From positions 1 through 50,112 of the forward strand of contig MQRK01217149.1 in assembly GCA_001938485.1 (NCBI GenBank): a DNA stretch of 50,112 bases, in the 5' to 3' direction. Position numbers and translations under genes: made by a program. The notes under the pieces are model-generated. The model saw nothing but the letters and a program-made list of their open reading frames with translations, ran no database searches and was not told the DNA's origin. Each line of letters starts with the position of its first letter. Position 1 is the first letter of the stretch. Shown one piece after another: positions 45,694-50,112 of this stretch. Source of the DNA: Girardia tigrina (taxonomy: Eukaryota).

Positions 45694-46365
45694 ATGGCTC
45701 CAAAAACAGATGCTTTAAAAATACGAAAATTAATAGATACTCAAACTCCTGGTTTGATTCGTGTGAATGGAAAGGAAGTGTATTTAAATCGGGAAATGTT
45801 GAAAAAGATTAAAGATTTAGAAAAAAATGGGGGAGAGATTGGTGGATATTATCACAGCGGAGGACTTTTACCACTTATCCCTGCTATAATCGCTGGTTTA
45901 ACTACTCTTTTCACAGTAGGAGGAGCAGCTGCAGGAGTAGCAACTGGAGTTGCAAAAACTGTTGCAAATGCTTGCGAAGCGCAAAAGATTAAGGTTGAAA
46001 CCGAGAAAGCAGAAATTGAAAAACAAATAAAACAAAAGGAACTTGATAAAATGGATACGCCAACGGGATCGGGATTGAAAGGTAAGAAAAAAGGAGGAAT
46101 TTTACCTTATTTAGATCCAGTTTTGAAAAAAATGGTTAATACATCACTAGATGTTTTTAAAGAAAATGAAAAAGGAGAAGGGTTGTACTTGGATGATTAT
46201 ACTGGTAAAGGAATTCAAAAATTTTTTCGTGAACAAATAAATCAATCGGATAAAGATCCAAAATCGAAAAAGGCTCTATTGAATAAAAATAAAAAATTGG
46301 GGGGGGAAATTGAAATGTCATTTCTTGGGAAAGGGATTATATTTGGAACCTTGGGATCCGAATAA
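45694..46365 (+). CDS. Virion core/membrane-active precursor with an adenovirus pX-like segment, 223 aa
   Basis: aaaaATG at 45694; SGG|LLPLIPAIIAGLTTLFTVGGAAAGVA, KGG|ILPYL and many GxG motifs. Confidence 0.7.
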   Translation: MAPKTDALKIRKLIDTQTPGLIRVNGKEVYLNREMLKKIKDLEKNGGEIGGYYHSGGLLPLIPAIIAGLTTLFTVGGAAAGVATGVAKTVANACEAQKIKVETEKAEIEKQIKQKELDKMDTPTGSGLKGKKKGGILPYLDPVLKKMVNTSLDVFKENEKGEGLYLDDYTGKGIQKFFREQINQSDKDPKSKKALLNKNKKLGGEIEMSFLGKGIIFGTLGSE

Positions 46366-46423
46366 TCAGAACCAGATTTGAAATGAGCAGAATTTTTTTC
46401 TACAAAACAAAATTTGCTCAAAA

Positions 46424-46759
46424 ATGAATAGAAATAATGATTTATATAATTTTATGCGATCATTACCAGAACAATTACGAAAAGAAAAAGCAGCTCGACG
46501 GAAATATAATGAAAAAATTAAAAAAAGATTATACGTTCGCAGAAACGAGGGTGTGCAATATCACGATCGACAACAGAAACCTATTAAATCAGAAGATGAG
46601 ATCAGAGCTCGAGCTGAGGAAAAGCGATTAAAATTGAAATTATTAGAAAAGGAGATCCAGTCAAAATTATTGGCGAAGCAATTAGCTGATTTAAATCTTG
46701 AAAAACCGAAACCGAAAGAGGGAGAAGGAATTCGAAAAACAAAATCCATAAGAAAATGA
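46424..46759 (+). CDS. Basic Polinton hypothetical protein (possible core protein), 111 aa
   Basis: caaaaATG context, K/R-rich, GEG motif; ATGA overlap with the next ORF. Confidence 0.7.
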   Translation: MNRNNDLYNFMRSLPEQLRKEKAARRKYNEKIKKRLYVRRNEGVQYHDRQQKPIKSEDEIRARAEEKRLKLKLLEKEIQSKLLAKQLADLNLEKPKPKEGEGIRKTKSIRK

Positions 46760-48005
46760 CTATACAATTAAATGGAGGAGAAAATCGAGTATTCAAAGGT
46801 TTTGTTGCTACACAACAACAACCTTTGAATGAACACCAAAAATATTTTGATTATTTACGAAAAAGTTTAATTCAATCCTCACTAGCAATCCATGAATACA
46901 ATCGCCAAGAATTGGAATATAAAAGCGGTATATCCGATTTCCAAACGTCAATGTCGAAAATGTTTCAACCTTTAATGACTGGATTACAAGGTCCCATCAC
47001 AGATAGAATCTCAGCTCTAAAAACCAAAGTTGTTAAATTGGAAAATGATCTCAAACGTTTTATTGAAGTCAATATAAAGAATTATGATAATGTGAAATCC
47101 AAATCTTTTTTGATCAGTATCAACAGGAATATATACTCATTCACCAAGAATTAGCTCCGATAATGCAGGAAATGATAGAGAAATATCCTCAAGATAAGGA
47201 ATTTATCACTAGTCATCATGAGGTAACAAAAAAATTATTAGGAGAGTTGGCACAGAAATTGGGAACGAAATTCGAACCCCAACAATTATCGCAAGCTGGT
47301 CCCTTTTTGGAAATATTCTTTAATACGAATTATTATGAAAATTTTGGATCTTCACCAATGTTGCGTCCAACGTTTGGAAGAAATATTGAGGGAAAACAAT
47401 TTATGACATTCAATAAATATACATTTATTCTCATAAACGAGGGTGGAAAATATTATTTCGTGAGAAATGATAATCGGGTTCGGGTAGAGCTTGATGAGAT
47501 TTTCAATAATTTCCTAATTGGGAATTATGAAATTATTTTCAATAAAAGTTATACTCTGGAAGAAAAACATACATCATTTGATAAGTATTTATCATTTTTA
47601 TTAAATAATGGAATAAACACCCGAGAAAGAAATTTTTATTATACTAAACTTTGTTTTGATGCTTTTAATAAAGCTGAAGGATTAGTAGGAGAATTTGCGC
47701 AACCACTAGGATACCCGAAAAAAGAAAGAACATCATCATTACCGCGGTTACGATCACAAAAAGGAAAACCAAAAGATAAATATCACGATGCTCTTCAATC
47801 ACAACCATCTGAAGGACAAGGAATACCCAAAGATCCGATTTCAATGTTTTCGTATTTATATAAATATATGGCTGCAAAGAAGGCTGGTCATGATGGTTTG
47901 GATGATAATATTAGGGATATTATGAAGAAATTAAGACGAAAAAAATTATTAACAAAAGAAAAACAGGAAGAATTATTGAAAAAAGTATTTAATAAAAATG
48001 GGTGA
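46756..48005 (+). CDS. Conserved Polinton protein (~416 aa) split by a 1-nt frameshift at ~47110
   Basis: ORFs 46756-47154 and 47163-48005 join at aaatcttttttgat, where the second frame is open upstream (FDQYQQEYILIHQELAPIM). The C-terminus GQGIPKDP..AAKKAGH..NIRDIMKKL resembles a motif I recall from adintovirus GasderminX-labelled proteins (unverified). Confidence 0.7.
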
Positions 48006-48150
48006 CTCGGCGTAGCCTCATCACGTTGAGAAGATTTTGTTTTCGTAGAAAAAAAAATCTTCTCAAAAATGGGTGACTCGCTTCGCTCACCACGTTTTTT
48101 AAGTTATGAAATTTGAAACAAATTTCATAACTTAAAAATGGGTGAATCAA
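47994..48150 (+). promoter_or_regulatory. Hairpin/direct-repeat array upstream of the minor capsid gene
   Basis: Three copies of AAAAATGGGTGA; hairpins at ~48027-48066 and 48096-48138 (perfect 20-bp stem, AAA loop). Confidence 0.6.
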
Positions 48151-49001
48151 GTGGATTTTCTACGACTTTTACAATTTCTGCTGCAAAATCAGAAATTAAG
48201 GTTCAGTTGCCTGTTCAGTTGAATTTGAATCCTAATTATAAATACGAAATCGGATTGGTTTGGTTCTCAACCTATAACCTTGTGGCGAATGTCACAGAAA
48301 GGAATAATGAAATTACATTACTCTATAAAGGAAAAGAATTTCCAGCTGATAAAAAATTTGAAAATGTGGAAAAGTATAATGAATTTGTATATACGGATTT
48401 AAAATTGAAACCAGGAACGAAAGGATTTAAGGAAATCAATAAAGAAATTGGAGATTTAACACAACAAATTATTCAAGTGAAAACCGATGAAAAAACTACA
48501 AAATCANCAATTAATATACCTGAAAAATATTCATTAGAATTCAATCATAGATCATTTCTGCACTCAATGCATGGATTTGATAGAAATAATAATTCTGCAA
48601 TTTGGGATGATGGAGATGATATTAATATTAAAAGGGTTAATATAAAAGGACCAGTGAAAGATTATGAATCGAAATATACTTTTCAAATCACGGATATAAA
48701 TATTTGTAATATCGATTGTAATATTGCAAATGGAGGATACGTTTCGACTGAAGATGGTTTGGAAAATAAAAGTATTAACGAAAGCGTGTGTAACTCTAAT
48801 ATTATTTATTCGTTTCCAGCATTTACAGTTCCAATCGGATACAAGATTTTAGAACGTCCAGCATTTGTAACTTACTATCCTGTTTACATTTATCAAATAA
48901 ATGATTTTACTGTGAGAATTATTGACAACAAAGGACGATTAATTGATTTCCGAAATGAAAAAATAAATATGTGTTTACGTTTAAGACAAAGTGTATTATA
49001 A
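48138..49001 (+). CDS. Minor capsid protein (single jelly-roll, penton-like), 287 aa
   Basis: LPVQLNL..YEIGL, IDCNIANGGY, IIYSFP..VPIGYKILERP..YYPV and IIDNKGRLIDFRNEKI..LRLR. Confidence 0.88.
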   Translation: MGESSGFSTTFTISAAKSEIKVQLPVQLNLNPNYKYEIGLVWFSTYNLVANVTERNNEITLLYKGKEFPADKKFENVEKYNEFVYTDLKLKPGTKGFKEINKEIGDLTQQIIQVKTDEKTTKSXINIPEKYSLEFNHRSFLHSMHGFDRNNNSAIWDDGDDINIKRVNIKGPVKDYESKYTFQITDINICNIDCNIANGGYVSTEDGLENKSINESVCNSNIIYSFPAFTVPIGYKILERPAFVTYYPVYIYQINDFTVRIIDNKGRLIDFRNEKINMCLRLRQSVL

Positions 49002-49003
49002 AA

Positions 49004-49492
49004 ATGATAGAATTCTTTAACTTACAAGATATAATGCAAATGTTCGGAGTTGATACTTCAACAAATAAACAGTTGGAAGAATGGGCAAAAAAATTAAAAA
49101 TTGAAATACAAGTTTTGATGGCTGATGAGGTTGAAGAAAAATTAAATAGATCGAGCGAGTCAAGTTTTTCCCAAGGGAAAAGAACCAAACTTAGTATAAT
49201 AAATTACCAGGATTCGGATGAGGAGGGGAGTCATTGGGTGGGATATTTTAATGGGGATAAAGAATTTGAGAAATACTACTTCGATCCGTATGGAATAGAG
49301 CCTTTACCGGATTTTCCAAAATGTATATATAATTCTGTACAAGTACAACCCTTTGGAACACGATTATGCGGTCAATTGAGTTTATATTTTTTATTTAAAA
49401 TGAATCAGTGTGTATGTGGTAACAAATCACAGAAATTCGATGATATAATTGAGGAAATGTTAGATTGTTTATGGCCAGAAACGCTTTTATGA
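49004..49492 (+). CDS. Adenain-family (adenovirus-like) cysteine maturation protease, 162 aa
   Basis: IINYQDS..GSHWV (His), YFDPYG (Asp), QVQ....LCG (Gln, Cys); aaaaATG at 49004. Confidence 0.92.
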   Translation: MIEFFNLQDIMQMFGVDTSTNKQLEEWAKKLKIEIQVLMADEVEEKLNRSSESSFSQGKRTKLSIINYQDSDEEGSHWVGYFNGDKEFEKYYFDPYGIEPLPDFPKCIYNSVQVQPFGTRLCGQLSLYFLFKMNQCVCGNKSQKFDDIIEEMLDCLWPETLL

Positions 49493-49525
49493 TTTAATTT
49501 TTAAAAATAAAAATTGGAAAAAGAA

Positions 49526-50112
49526 ATGGTACAGTATATTCCTGTGAATAAATTGGGAATGATAATGCAGATTGGAGGAATGCGAGAAGAGAAAATACTT
49601 GAAAAAATTGAAGCAAATAATCGAATAATATTTTCAGAATCGGATAGGAGATATGTGAATACAGAAAAATTAGAAGAGAATAATAAAAAGTTAGATAAGA
49701 TATTTGTGAATGAGCAGGGTGACGATCCTGTGAATTCTTTACGAGTTGAAGAATCACTAATTGTTAAAGATAAAGATATTTATCAGGAAATAGAAAAGAT
49801 AAATAAATTAAAAAAATTTGTTATCAATCCATTGAGTAAAAAATTTGGTAATATGAAAAATGAAATTGAATTATTAGTGAAACAAAATAATGAAAATCAG
49901 GATGAAATTAAGAAAGTGAAAAATGAAATAGAAAATACAAAGTTCGTAAAAATTGAACCAGGAGTAAAAAAGGATTTAATATCAGTGGAAAAAGAATTAG
50001 AAAAAGAATTAAATGAAAAACTTAAAATAAAAATAAGAATAAAACATTCGGAAGAAGTTATATTTCTTGAAGAAAAAATCTTTATTATAAATAGAAAAAT
50101 AAAAGATCTGGC
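49526..50112 (+). CDS. Polinton ORF open to the window end (>195 aa), possible fibre/coiled-coil protein
   Basis: No stop from ATG 49526: MVQYIPVNKLG..SDRRYVN..LDKIFVNEQGD.., followed by a K/E-rich coiled coil. Confidence 0.65.
   Translation, partial: MVQYIPVNKLGMIMQIGGMREEKILEKIEANNRIIFSESDRRYVNTEKLEENNKKLDKIFVNEQGDDPVNSLRVEESLIVKDKDIYQEIEKINKLKKFVINPLSKKFGNMKNEIELLVKQNNENQDEIKKVKNEIENTKFVKIEPGVKKDLISVEKELEKELNEKLKIKIRIKHSEEVIFLEEKIFIINRKIKDL

Larger units (their letters stand above)
38449..50112 (+). mobile_element. Endogenous Polinton/Maverick (adintovirus-like) element, continuing beyond the window
   Basis: Intronless, tightly packed ORFs for ATPase, integrase, MCP, mCP and adenain protease. 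The left boundary is inferred from agtaatagtag at 38449 and subterminal tandem repeats, and is uncertain. Confidence 0.93.

Overview
AT-rich animal (metazoan-type) genomic window with several N gaps. Host genes: the last exon of a leucine-rich-repeat gene (348-579, +); a complete 7-exon 26S proteasome ATPase gene PSMC6/Rpt4 (19236->7254, -, 396 aa); and a complete 4-exon mitochondrial YebC/TACO1-family gene (23427->30682, +, 269 aa), head-to-head with PSMC6. Introns are either 46-52 nt or 0.4-6 kb and full of transposon debris: Tc1/mariner, piggyBac MITEs, hAT, MULE, RTE LINE, Penelope with hammerhead remnants, a nested Ty3/gypsy element, foldbacks and Helitron/Helentron-like repeats. The last ~11.6 kb (about 38450 to the window end) is an intronless, gene-dense endogenous Polinton/Maverick (adintovirus-like) element. 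It carries an A32/FtsK packaging ATPase, a retroviral-type integrase fused in frame behind a parvovirus-type phospholipase A2 domain, major and minor jelly-roll capsid proteins, an adenain protease, an adenovirus pX-like amphipathic precursor, a probable fibre and several orphan ORFs, plus a structured hairpin array before the minor capsid gene. The pPolB gene and right end lie outside the window. All assignments come from reading motifs by eye; no database searches were run.
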